A DNA stretch of 64,000 nucleotides from positions 64,001-128,000 of the forward strand of contig CBDBZY010000012.1 of the NCBI GenBank assembly GCA_965213685.1. The letters run 5' to 3'. Position numbers and translations under genes: made by a program. The notes under the pieces were generated by a model. That model worked only from the letters and a program-made list of their open reading frames with translations. It did not search any database and was not told the DNA's origin. The number at the start of each line of letters is the position of its first letter. The first letter of the stretch is position 1. Below are positions 1-9,217 of this stretch, in pieces. This DNA is from a bacterium (GTDB lineage Bacteria; UBA8248).

Positions 1-230
1 CGCCGATCGCAGATCGGGGGGATTTCGAGAAAGGGAGAAGAAAAATATACGCGGGCCCCGGAGGCGGATTCGTGGACGCGCTCGTCTACCACCGCTATTC
101 CCTGCCCCCCGCGCGGGAATTCCCGGGCCCCGCCATCATCGAGGAGCGCGAATCCACTATCGTGATACCCGGGGACGCCCGCTTCGAGAAAGACGAGGCG
201 GGCCACATCGTCATCCAGGTGAATCATTGA
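1..230 (+). CDS. hyuA: Hydantoinase A/oxoprolinase family protein, C-terminal part (truncated by window start)
   Basis: Manual translation ...VYHRYSLPPAREFPGPAIIEERESTIVIPGDARFEKDEAGHIVIQVNH*. The GPAIIEE..ST motif is typical of the HyuA C-terminus. The stop overlaps the TTG start of hyuB. Confidence 0.85.
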   Translation, partial: PIADRGDFEKGRRKIYAGPGGGFVDALVYHRYSLPPAREFPGPAIIEERESTIVIPGDARFEKDEAGHIVIQVNH

Positions 231-1787
231 GCCCGGCGTCGTTCGACCCCATCACGCTGGAAGTGCTTTGGCGAAGGCTCATCGGCGTAGTGGATGAGGC
301 GGCGGCCTCTCTGGTGCGCACCTCCTTCTCCACGCTGGTGCGCGAATCGAACGATTTTTCCTGCGTGCTCACCGATGATCAGGGCCACTCCCTCGTGCAG
401 TCCTCCGCCAGCATCGCCTCGTTCATCGGCACCCTGCCGATAACGGTTCGCCATTTTCTCCGGGCGTTTCCGCCCGAGACGCTCGCACCCGGCGACATCC
501 TGGTGACCAACGACATCTGGTACGGAACGGGTCACCTTCCCGATGTGAACATCGTCCAGCCGGTGTTTTACCGGGGGAAATGCGTCGGGTTTTCCGCCAG
601 CACGGCCCACCTGCCGGACATCGGCGGAAAAATTCGCTCCCCGGACCCCAGGGAAGTGTATGAAGAGGGGCTCCAGATTCCCATGATGAAGATGTACAGG
701 CGGGGCGAGCCCGACCGGACGCTCATCGATCTCATACGCTATAACGTGCGCGTGCCGCATCTGGTAATGGGCGACATCAACGCCCCAGATCACGGCGAAT
801 CGTCTGGCGGAAAAGCGCTTGACCGCTCTGCTGGAGGAATACGGCCTGGCGGATTTGCGCGCGCTGACAAGAGAGATTCAGGGCCGATCCGAAAAAGCGA
901 TGCGAGACGCCCTGCGTCGTCTGCCGGACGGGGAGTTCCGCTCCGAAGTCGAAACGGACGGCCTAGCGGCGCCCATTCGGGTGAAAGCGAGAATAGAGAA
1001 AACCGGGGATTCCCTGGTGATCGACTACGCCGGCTCATCGCCGCAAGTCGACCGCGCCGTGAACGTGGCCTACAACTACACGTATGCGTATTCGGTATAT
1101 CCCATCAAATGCGTCCTCTGCCCGGAGGTTCCCAACAATGAGGGGGTGCTTCCGGCCCGTTGAAGTGCGGACGGAGGAGGGGAGCATTCTGGATCCGCTT
1201 CGTCCCGCCGCGGGAGGGGGGCGGATGCTGGTGGGCCACTATCTGCCCGCGGCCGTTTTCGAGGCCCTCGCTCCCGTCATCCCGGAGCGGGTGCCCGCGG
1301 CGAGCGGCTCTCCGCTGTGGTGCGTGAACTACACGGGGCTGGACAAGCGGGGCGTCAGAACGGCGGGGCTCTTCTTTCAGAACGGGGGCACGGGCGCTAC
1401 CGCGCGCGGAGACGGCCGCGCCTGCCTGAGCTATCCCAGCAACGTCTCCCATACGCCGATCGAGGTGATCGAGCGCATCTCCCCGTTCACCCTGCTGGAG
1501 AAGACGATACTCCGGGATTCGGGCGGGGGCCGGCAAGTTTCGGGGCGGTTGCGGGCAGAGGATCGTCCTGCGGAACGATTCGCCGGCCCGCATCACGGTT
1601 TCGTTTATGGCCGAGCGCACGAAGTCGCCCGCACCGGGTCTGTTTGGCGGCGCTCCGGGTGCGCGGGGGCAGGTGCGCATCAACGACGCCGAGATCGACC
1701 CCCAAGGTCACCACCGAGATGGCACCGGGCGACCTCCTCACGCTCATCACGCCGGGCGGCGGAGGATACGGCGAGGCGGGGCGGTGA
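227..1787 (+). CDS. hyuB: Hydantoinase B/oxoprolinase family protein, split by four +1 homopolymer frameshifts (sequencing error or pseudogene)
   Basis: N-terminal DPITLEVLW..RTSFS..VRESNDFS, GHLPD and HLPDIGG motifs; C-terminal TPGGGGYG. Removing one base at each of C783-786, G1142-1146, G1525-1529 and C1699-1703 gives one continuous frame. Confidence 0.85.
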
Positions 1788-2236
1788 TGTCTTCGCTTGC
1801 CGAGGGGGAATGGCGCTTCATCCGGAATGCGCGCGTGGCGCGGCTGGCGACGGCCGACGGGAGGGGCGCGCCCCATCTCGTGCCCGTGGTGTTCGCCGTG
1901 GTGGACGGGAGAATATACGTTCCGGTGGACGGCAAGCCGAAGAGGAGGGTCGCGCGCCTGAAACGTCTCGAAAACATCCGGGAGAATGAAAATGTCTCGT
2001 TTCTGGTGGATCGCTATGCGGAGGATTGGGCGAACCTCGGGTTCGTGATGCTCTCGGGAAGCGCGGCTGTCATCCATGCCGAAACCGGGGACGCCTACGA
2101 AAGGGCGGCGGAGGCCCTGCGGGAGAAATACCCGCAATACCAGGGCGTCGCGCTCCATGAATGGATGATAGAAATCCGGCCGCTTCGCGCCGCCTCCTGG
2201 GGTGCGGTGCAGGCGGGGGAGCCTTCATCCACATGA
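1787..2236 (+). CDS. PPOX-class (pyridoxamine 5'-phosphate oxidase-like) probable F420-dependent oxidoreductase, Rv0121-like
   Basis: MSSLAEGEWRFIRNARVARLATADGRGAPHLVPVVFA..VDGKPK..LKRLENIREN..VDRYAEDW. ATG overlaps the hyuB stop (TGATG). Confidence 0.8.
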   Translation: MSSLAEGEWRFIRNARVARLATADGRGAPHLVPVVFAVVDGRIYVPVDGKPKRRVARLKRLENIRENENVSFLVDRYAEDWANLGFVMLSGSAAVIHAETGDAYERAAEALREKYPQYQGVALHEWMIEIRPLRAASWGAVQAGEPSST

Positions 2237-3501
2237 ATCTGCGCCGTCAAGGCGCCCGCGCCGGACGTTTCCGCCCCGAACCTTATCGCGTGCGCGGGGT
2301 CAGGCGTGGACTCTTGCCCGCCTTGCCCGCAGAGAGGACGCCTTGCTTCCCGAGTGCGAACAGACCGCTTCGCCAGGTCGGCTTCGGGGAAGGATATTTT
2401 CCCCTCCCAGGCCAGTTCGGCCAGCAGCCTTCCCGTGAGAGGGCCAAACTTGAATCCGTGGCCCGAGAAGCCGGCCCCTATCGCGATGCGCGGATTCTCG
2501 GGGTGGAGGTCGATGATGAAGTCCTCGTTCGGCGCGTTCGTGTAAAGGCAGTGCTCGGCCCCTGCGAGCGTCCATCCGGAGGAGGTGAAGAACCTCGCCA
2601 TGAAACGCTTCACGTCCTCTATCTTGTCCTGCGCGATGGAGTCCGGCGGGTCGTCGGGGTCGTCATCCACCCCGATCCGGAGGTGGCGGGCCACCTTGAT
2701 GCCCGCGCGTCCCCCAAATTCCGGCATCCCGTAGAAGAGGTGATTCTCGTCTTCTTCCATATACACCCAGACGGGAAAGCGGCCGGGTCGGTAGGCGTCC
2801 CGATCGCCATCGGGCGTGGTGAAGTATCCCACCGTCTGGCGGGCGACCGTGAGGGCGGGTCTGAGAAACGGGAGCAAATCCCGCGCCCAGGCCCCCGCCG
2901 TGACGATCAGGCGCTCGGCGCGCAGAACCCCCCGGCTCGTTTGGATGGTCACGGGGTCGGTCGCGGGGTCAATTTCGCGGACGGAGGTGTTTTCATGGAT
3001 ATGCGCCCCTCTCTTGCGGGCCAGGGCGGCGAGCGATCGGATGGTTTCTTCCGCCGAGATGACGCCGGCCGTCTTGTCAAGCAGGACGTTCTCCGCACCC
3101 GCAAGCGTGAACTGGGGATACAGCCTGCGCGCCTCTGCCGCCGAGACGAGGTCGACGTCCACGCCCTCTTTTTGCACGGCGCGCATGTAGCGCGCGAAAC
3201 GCTCGCAGGGAGGCCCCGCGAAAAGCCCGACGCCCGGGCGGACGAGCCGCCTGCCGGCGTCTTTCTCGAGCCTCGGCCATTCCTCCCGGCGCACCCATTG
3301 CATCAGGCGCACGTATTCCGGCGCGATGTAGGCGCTTCGCGTGACGCGCGCCGCGCCGTGCGAGCTGCCCCGGTTGTGCCCGATGGCGAATCGCTCCACC
3401 AGCCCCACGCGCCTGGGGCCGAGGCGCTGGAGGTGGTAGAGCGCCGAGAGTCCGTTGATTCCTCCGCCGATGACCAGAACGTCGAGGGTGTCGTCGCTCA
3501 C
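2095..3501 (-). CDS. solA: Monomeric sarcosine oxidase / N-methyl-L-tryptophan oxidase family FAD oxidoreductase (true end possibly 2283)
   Basis: VIGGGING FAD motif, GSSHGAARVTRSAY, CLYTNAPNEDFIID with the covalent-flavin Cys, GFSGHGFKF. Confidence 0.8.
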   Translation of the reverse strand: MSDDTLDVLVIGGGINGLSALYHLQRLGPRRVGLVERFAIGHNRGSSHGAARVTRSAYIAPEYVRLMQWVRREEWPRLEKDAGRRLVRPGVGLFAGPPCERFARYMRAVQKEGVDVDLVSAAEARRLYPQFTLAGAENVLLDKTAGVISAEETIRSLAALARKRGAHIHENTSVREIDPATDPVTIQTSRGVLRAERLIVTAGAWARDLLPFLRPALTVARQTVGYFTTPDGDRDAYRPGRFPVWVYMEEDENHLFYGMPEFGGRAGIKVARHLRIGVDDDPDDPPDSIAQDKIEDVKRFMARFFTSSGWTLAGAEHCLYTNAPNEDFIIDLHPENPRIAIGAGFSGHGFKFGPLTGRLLAELAWEGKISFPEADLAKRSVRTREARRPLCGQGGQESTPDPAHAIRFGAETSGAGALTAQIHVDEGSPACTAPQEAARSGRISIIHSWSATPWYCGYFSRRASAALS

Positions 3502-3792
3502 GGGGTCCTCTTCGCCTCATGGAAGGGCTGCCGCGCCGCCGGTTTCCCCCCTGCGCGGCGTTCCTCTCGCGTGAATGGGGCCATTTCACCCCATCGACGC
3601 GCAAATATCAACGGCGGATTGGCGCGCGGCCGGGCTTTGGAGCGGCCCGGGGAGAGGGGATCGGACGGGTCGCCCCCGGGGAGCCTTGCGGAGAAGTCCC
3701 GCCCCCCCGGGCGCTCGAGGCCGCGCCCTCGCCGTGGTAGGGTGGCGTTTCGGGAACCCGCTGGAGGCGAGAAATGACATGGACACGATGGA

Positions 3793-5229
3793 ATGGAGGC
3801 GAACATGGGCGTTGATGAATTGAATTTTCTCTCGCTGCATCATCTCTCCCGCCTCCTGCGGGAGCGGAAAATCTCGCCCCTGGAGGTGGTGGACGCGCAC
3901 CTGCGGCAGATCGAGGCGCTCAACCCCCGGATCAACGCCTTCATCACCGTGTGCGCGGAGAGGGCGCGGGAAGACGCAGGAAGGGCGGAGGATGAAATTC
4001 AGGGCGGAAACTACCGGGGGCCGCTGCACGGCATACCCGTAGGGGTCAAGGATATCGTCGATACCGCCGGCGTCCTGACGACGCAGGGTTCGCGTTTTTT
4101 CTCGGAAAACGTTCCGGACGAGGACGCGGAGTGCGTGCGGAGGCTCAGGGAGGCGGGCGCCGTCATCATCGGCAAGTGCAACACCCACGAGTTCGCGGCC
4201 GGCTCCACCACCGTGAACCCCCATTACGGCCCATGCCGCAACCCCTGGGACACCGACAGGGTGTCGGGCGGCTCGAGCGGCGGCTCGGGGGCCGCCGTCG
4301 CCGCGTTCATGTGCCCCGCCGCCGTGGGAACCGACACGGGCGGCTCCATCCGGGGGCCGGCGGGAGCCTGTGGCGTGGCGGGACTGAAGCCCACCTACGG
4401 GCGGGTGAGCCTTCGCGGCGTGTTCCCGAACGCTCCCGGCCTCGACCATGCCGGCCCGATCGCCAGAACGGCGCGCGATTGCGGTCTCGCCCTCCAGGGC
4501 ATGGCGGGTCATGACCCGGCGGACGGGGGCTCGGCGGATCGGGAGGTGCCGGATTTCTGCGCCGCGATAGGCGAGGGCGTCGAAGGGATGCGCTTCGGGA
4601 TTTGTCGGGATTTGCACCTCTGCGAGAATGACGAATCGGTTCAAAACGGCTTCGAATATGTGCTCGAAACCATGGAGCGTCTGGGCGGGGTCGTCGTGGA
4701 GGTGCGCTATCCGCTGGCCGGCAGAATGCTCGAGGTTCGCAACGTCATCGCCGATATGGAGCTGGCGATGGTCCACCGCGAGCGCCTCGCCCTGCATCCG
4801 GAGAAGTTTGGAGCGGACGTGCGGAGCCGCATCGAGCGGGCGAGCCGCACGACGCAGGAGGATTACGAGCGTGCCTGTGCGGAGCGTCTGCCGCTCACCC
4901 GGGCGATGGAGGAGGCGTTTGATGAGGCCGACATCCTCCTCGCCCCGGGCTACCCTTGCCCCGCCGCGCCGATTGCGACGACGATGGGGCGCGTGAATGG
5001 CAAGGAACGCCCGTTTTCCGGTCTCGGCAGACCCCAGACCGGCCCGTACAATCTGTTTGGCTTCCCCGCCCTCTCCGCGCCGTCGGGCTTCAGCGCCGAG
5101 GGCCTGCCGGTGTCAGTCCAGTTCGTGGGGCCGCCCTGGGAGGAGGCGCGCGTGCTGCGGGCGGCCCATGCGTTCGAGGAGGCCGCGCCGGACATCCGGC
5201 GAAAAAAGCCGCCGATGTTCTCCGGCTGA
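3793..5229 (+). CDS. Amidase signature family protein (GatA-like)
   Basis: GPLHGIPVGVKD, GGSSGGSGAAVAA and GTDTGGSIRGPA carry an intact Lys-cisSer-Ser triad. No gatB or gatC nearby. Confidence 0.9.
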   Translation: MEANMGVDELNFLSLHHLSRLLRERKISPLEVVDAHLRQIEALNPRINAFITVCAERAREDAGRAEDEIQGGNYRGPLHGIPVGVKDIVDTAGVLTTQGSRFFSENVPDEDAECVRRLREAGAVIIGKCNTHEFAAGSTTVNPHYGPCRNPWDTDRVSGGSSGGSGAAVAAFMCPAAVGTDTGGSIRGPAGACGVAGLKPTYGRVSLRGVFPNAPGLDHAGPIARTARDCGLALQGMAGHDPADGGSADREVPDFCAAIGEGVEGMRFGICRDLHLCENDESVQNGFEYVLETMERLGGVVVEVRYPLAGRMLEVRNVIADMELAMVHRERLALHPEKFGADVRSRIERASRTTQEDYERACAERLPLTRAMEEAFDEADILLAPGYPCPAAPIATTMGRVNGKERPFSGLGRPQTGPYNLFGFPALSAPSGFSAEGLPVSVQFVGPPWEEARVLRAAHAFEEAAPDIRRKKPPMFSG

Positions 5230-5308
5230 CGCCGGGCTTTGGGGATCGGAGGAGGCTCCGGGAAATCGTCTAACGAAAACAGGAGGTGCGGGATGGAGAC
5301 GCGGTCGA

Positions 5309-5314
5309 TATAAT
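5309..5314 (+). promoter_or_regulatory. Putative -10 box for the sulfurtransferase
   Basis: TATAAT 45 nt upstream of ATG 5360; GGAGGG RBS present; no clear -35. Confidence 0.4.
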
Positions 5315-5359
5315 GAGAGCACGCCCGCGGTTTTCTTGCCTGCTGGAGGGGACGGGAAT

Positions 5360-6205
5360 ATGACGAGAGACGACGGCTCCCCGCTTGTTTCGGCCGCGTG
5401 GCTTTTGGAGCGTCTGCAGGAGCCTGGCTTGCGGGTCATCGAGGTTTCCTCATCGAGCGATGACGCCTCCTACCGCGAGGGGCATGTTCCGGGAGCGCAC
5501 CGGTGGTTCTGGAAGGACGCCCTCTGGCACGAGACGGACCGCGCGTTCGCCGCGCCCGGGGAGATGGCGAAGCGGCTGGGGCGCGTCGGCGTCGGCCCGG
5601 ATGCGACCGTCGTCCTGTATGGCGACCCCGTGCAGTTCGGCACCTATGCGTTCTGGGCGCTCAGGATGGCGGGGTTCCGGAATTTGCGGCTCCTCGATGG
5701 CGCGAAAAAAAAGTGGATGGCCGACGGGATGCCCATCTCGCGGGAGACGCCGGAGCCCCGGGCGGTTCCCCACGCCGCTGCGGGCGCGGGGGAGACCCTG
5801 AGCGTGGGCAGGGATGAGGTGCGCGCGAAGCTGGGCCAGCCGGGCCGGGTACTGCTCGACGTGCGCTCGCCGGAGGAATTCCGGGGGGAGCGGGTGATGC
5901 CCCCTCCGGGTTTCGACCACGGCGCGGAGCGGGCGGGGCGCATACCGGGGGCGGTTCATCTGTTTTTCCGCGAGCTGCTGCATGCGGACGACACCTACAG
6001 ACGCCCTGAGGAGCTTCGGAGCATTCTGCGCGGAGCGGGAGCCCTTCCCGATGAAATCGAACTCGTCCTCTACTGACGCCTGAGCCACCGGGCCAGTCTG
6101 GTCTGGTTCGCCATGAAGTATTTGCTGGGCTACGAAAACGTGAAAATTTATGACGGCTCATGGACGGAGTGGGGGAGCATCGTCGGTTTTCCGATTGAAA
6201 GGTGA
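5360..6205 (+). CDS. Tandem-rhodanese sulfurtransferase (SseA/TST-like), probable selenoprotein with Sec at TGA 6074-6076
   Basis: YREGHVPGA, LLDVRSPEEFRG, GRIPGAVH, then VLY-TGA-RLSHRAS. The frame continues to the rhodanese signature YDGSWTEWG and the real stop at 6203-6205. Confidence 0.85.
6082..6109 (+). promoter_or_regulatory. Putative bacterial SECIS hairpin
   Basis: CCGGGCCA-GUC-UGGUCUGG stem-loop (6088-6106), with an alternative lower stem GAGCCA/UGGUUC. The G-containing loop starts 19 nt after UGA. Confidence 0.65.
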
Positions 6206-6258
6206 TGCGCGCCGCCGCGCGGGACGAATGCGGAAGCGCCTCACGGCGGAGAGTAAGA

Positions 6259-6291
6259 AAAACACCGCGGCCACGGGGGCCGCGGTGTTTT
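6259..6291. terminator. Bidirectional rho-independent terminator
   Basis: Perfect inverted repeat AAAACACCGCGGCC-acggg-GGCCGCGGTGTTTT between the convergent sulfurtransferase and ferredoxin genes. Confidence 0.8.
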
Positions 6292-6309
6292 CGGGTTCAG
6301 AAAACGGCG

Positions 6310-6621
6310 CTAGCGCAGCACGTTGCCGGGTTTTCTCGGCGGGTCGTTCGCCGGGCGCGGCTCCACCGGCTCGTTGTTCTTGAAGTCCGGTGCGAGCTCC
6401 TCGTTGATGGCCGCCCATACGGGATCGTCATCTTCGCTTTCCAGGATGGCGTCAATCGGGCACTCCGGCTGGCAAACGCCACAGTCGATGCACTCCTCGG
6501 GATCGATGATGAGAAAGGGCTCCCCCTTGTAATCGCCCGGGTGCATACAATCCACGGGACAGACGCTCACGCACGTCGCATAGCGCTCGCCCAAGCATTT
6601 CTCCCCGATGACAAATGTCAT
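6310..6621 (-). CDS. fdxA: Ferredoxin (7Fe, FdxA-type)
   Basis: MTFVIGEKCLGERYATCVSVCPVDC..IDPEECIDCGVCQPECPIDAI. Start at MTFVI behind a GGAGGG RBS. Confidence 0.85.
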   Translation of the reverse strand: MTFVIGEKCLGERYATCVSVCPVDCMHPGDYKGEPFLIIDPEECIDCGVCQPECPIDAILESEDDDPVWAAINEELAPDFKNNEPVEPRPANDPPRKPGNVLR

Positions 6622-6744
6622 GGATGATTCCCTCCTTCTGAAAATGAAGATTGTCGCCATTTGAATGCGCGAGAGGGCGGCCCCTGGCGATTCACGAATA
6701 TCCGACGCCGCGCCGGCTTCACCCGACGGTTGCAAACTCCACCC

Positions 6745-6774
6745 ATGCTATCAGCTGGCGTTGAGGGAAAGCAA
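6745..6774 (-). promoter_or_regulatory. Putative sigma70 promoter of the ferredoxin gene
   Basis: TTGCTT-18nt-TAGCAT on the minus strand. Confidence 0.35.
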
Positions 6775-6830
6775 GCATTCCGGCGCGTAAATTTCAGATT
6801 CTCCGGATGCGCGGCGGAGGCCTGTGCGGG

Positions 6831-7736
6831 CTAGGCCGTTGGTTTCGGGGAGGCGTCAAAAATTTTCCCGAGCGCCTCCAGCATGGCCTCGACGGACTCA
6901 GGCGGCACCCCTCCGAGCGCGCCCCGGAAATCAAAGCCCTGGAGCCAGCGGAATTTCTCGAGCGAGGCGGAGCTGATGTGCGAGTCCACGCCCAGCGATT
7001 CGAGGGTCGAGACCACCCCTTCCATCTCCTGTGCCCGCCTCCCGGCGGCGATGAGGCTCGTGCCCGCCAGGCTCAGCGCCAGCTCCCGGAGCGGAAGTCC
7101 CTCCACGGTGCCGGCGATGGAGTCGAGGAGTTCCTCCACCATCCCGCAGCGCCTCGCCGCCTCGATGGTCTCGAGGAGGGTCATCATCAGGCCTTTGGTG
7201 AATATGCTGCGCACGACTTTCAGGGCGGAGGCGTCGCCCACGCGCTCGCTGAGCGCCCGGAGCCGCATTCCGTGCCTCGCCATGGCCGCGCTCAAGGGCG
7301 CGGCACCGGGGCCGGAGATCAACGTGACGACCCGGTGGCCATACACCTCCGCCGGGTCGCATATCGCCCCGTCCATCGGCTGACCCCCGTGGGCCTCGAT
7401 GATGCGCCCCATCTCCCGCTTCACCCCGGGCGTGGTGGTGTTCAAATCCACGTACACGGTATTCTCCAGAAAGGGGGAGGCGTTGCGGGCCGCTTCGAGC
7501 GCGATTTCCGGCGTCAGGAGCGAGAGGACAATATCCGCGCCCTCGAGCGCTTCTTTCATGGATTCCGTCATGCGAATCGCGGGATGGGCGGAGGCTCGCA
7601 GGTGCTCCGGTCGCCAGGGCGGCCTCTTCCACACGCGAATTTGCGCGGCGCCATCCTCCGCCAGCCCCCGGGCGATGGGCCTGCCCGCCATGCCGAATCC
7701 CAGGACGCACACGGTGGGAGAATCGGGAAGGTTCAA
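6831..7736 (-). CDS. NAD(P)-dependent oxidoreductase, 3-hydroxyisobutyrate/6-phosphogluconate dehydrogenase-like (DUF1932-type C-terminus)
   Basis: Rossmann LGFGMAG; YVDLNTTTPGVK; GDASALKVVRSIFTKG; RRAQEMEGV. Confidence 0.75.
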   Translation of the reverse strand: MNLPDSPTVCVLGFGMAGRPIARGLAEDGAAQIRVWKRPPWRPEHLRASAHPAIRMTESMKEALEGADIVLSLLTPEIALEAARNASPFLENTVYVDLNTTTPGVKREMGRIIEAHGGQPMDGAICDPAEVYGHRVVTLISGPGAAPLSAAMARHGMRLRALSERVGDASALKVVRSIFTKGLMMTLLETIEAARRCGMVEELLDSIAGTVEGLPLRELALSLAGTSLIAAGRRAQEMEGVVSTLESLGVDSHISSASLEKFRWLQGFDFRGALGGVPPESVEAMLEALGKIFDASPKPTA

Positions 7737-7808
7737 GGAGGTATCTCCATTCCGGCTCGCATGGATGGATGACGCCAGGCCATGTTCGGTGTCGGTTCGC
7801 CATTATAA

Positions 7809-8220
7809 AATGAAGCGCGCCGGCGAGACCAGCCCATCGCGCCGCCGCCTCCCCCCCCGGTTTCCGGCGGCGCGGGGCGTCACCGGCCCCCGGGACGTCT
7901 TTGAGGGGCGTTTCGGCTTTTTTCATCTGTATGACGGCGGAAGGAGCGGACGGGCGGCGCCGGGCGAGGCGCGTCAATCGGACGGGGCGCACGAATACTC
8001 CCACGACGTGCTGGCGAGGGAGCTGGGCCTGCGCTTCGAGGTGGAGAACTTGAGCTTCAAGCCATACCCGTGCTGTCGCGCCAGCCACGGGGTGCTGGGC
8101 GGTCTTTTGGAGATCATGCGCGCGGAGAAGGTCGGAGGTGCGGACGTGGAGAGGGCGCACCCCCGAGCTGGAGGAGAAACTTCAAAAATGCGCGCGCTTC
8201 TCACGCAAAAGCATGGGTGA
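7809..8220 (+). pseudogene. MmgE/PrpD family internal fragment
   Basis: AARGVTGPRDVFEGRFGFFHLY..LGLRFEVENLSFKPYPCCRASH matches the MmgE/PrpD mid-region. The N- and C-terminal parts are missing. Confidence 0.65.
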
Positions 8221-8311
8221 GAAGAAAACGCGCACACTCGTTCAGGAGATATATGCCCTGGATGCGCGGGAAGACGTGGGCGGGCTCATCTCCCGTCTGC
8301 CCTAGAAGCCC

Positions 8312-8773
8312 CTAGTTCGCCACCCGCAGCCTGTAATCGGGCGTCGGGTTCAGGGGGCATGAGTAATAATAGTCGCCCTCTTTCAGGGTGACGGAATAGT
8401 CCAGCGTCTTCCCCTGGACGAGGCCGCCTCCCGACACCTTCGGCAGCGTGAGGCGTCCAACGCCCGCCCCGCGCAGATAAAACCCGAGCTCATACGGCAC
8501 GTTCTGGTTCGTTACGCGGAAAACGTACGAACCGGGCTTGAGCGTGAGGGCCTTGCTGTCGGCGAGACGCTTCGCCCCGCCCCGGGAGTTGATGCTTCGG
8601 CAGTCGGCCGCTTTCTTGGGTTGAAATCCATGGTCCTTACCCTCCGGCTCGGTGAACTGGCATCCCGTTTGGGTGAGGACGATGACGGTCGGCTCGGCGC
8701 TTGCGTATGCGAGAGGGAGCGTGAATGCCACCACGAGGAAAATCATAAAAAACGCTTTGCAGATGTTTTGCAT
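8312..8773 (-). CDS. Secreted cupredoxin-like domain protein
   Basis: Signal peptide (..LPLAYASA); LTLKPGSYVFRVTN and LKEGDYYYSCPLNPTPDY resemble cupredoxin beta-strands. Confidence 0.6.
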   Translation of the reverse strand: MQNICKAFFMIFLVVAFTLPLAYASAEPTVIVLTQTGCQFTEPEGKDHGFQPKKAADCRSINSRGGAKRLADSKALTLKPGSYVFRVTNQNVPYELGFYLRGAGVGRLTLPKVSGGGLVQGKTLDYSVTLKEGDYYYSCPLNPTPDYRLRVAN

Positions 8774-8935
8774 GGCGGTGCTCCTTCTCTCGGGGGGGCG
8801 TTTTCCGGATCCGAAATCCCCTCCGGCGCTTTCAAAAAAGGCCGGAGGGGATAGGATGCGGGGGTCTCAGCCGGCGGTCGCTGGATGGTTCATGGACTCC
8901 ATGAGAGACGCCCGGCTAGGTGATAGAAAGCTATC

Positions 8936-9100
8936 CTACTTTTTCTTGGGAGCGCAAGGATTCTGGGGAGCGCAAGGGTTCTCGGCGGCTGCGCCGGAAT
9001 CCTTGGCTGCACCGCCGGCGTCCTTGGCCGCCTCCGCAAGGGAGTAGCCGCTGACAGCGAAACTCAGAGCGATGGCGAGAACGAGGAGTTGCTTTTTCAT
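8936..9100 (-). CDS. 54-aa secreted peptide with NPCAP repeats (not in ORF track)
   Basis: MKKQLLVLAIALSFAVSGYSLAEAAKDAGGAAKDSGAAAENPCAPQNPCAPKKK*. AGGAG RBS and an extended -10 lie upstream. Confidence 0.8.
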   Translation of the reverse strand: MKKQLLVLAIALSFAVSGYSLAEAAKDAGGAAKDSGAAAENPCAPQNPCAPKKK

Positions 9101-9142
9101 GGTCTTTCTCCCTGGTTAGGGTGAATAAAATGGAGTAGAAAA

Positions 9143-9200
9143 ATTATAGCAAAAAGACGCGGGAGATGAATAAAAAAATGGTAAAGAAATCGTAAAGAAA
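9143..9200 (-). promoter_or_regulatory. Promoter with extended -10 and OmpR-type direct repeat
   Basis: TGCTATAAT (9143-9151, minus strand). GTAAAGAAA repeated at 9181 and 9192 (11-bp period) in an AT-rich spacer. Confidence 0.65.
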
Positions 9201-9217
9201 ATTGCTTTTTCTCGGAG

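Noticed and set aside
3600-3790. GC-rich structured-looking spacer between solA and the amidase (possible riboswitch)
   Set aside because: I could not match conserved elements of glycine, TPP, cobalamin, SAM or other riboswitches; pairing potential is expected at this GC content.
3793-5229. Calling the amidase gatA
   Set aside because: There is no adjacent gatB or gatC; the context is catabolic.
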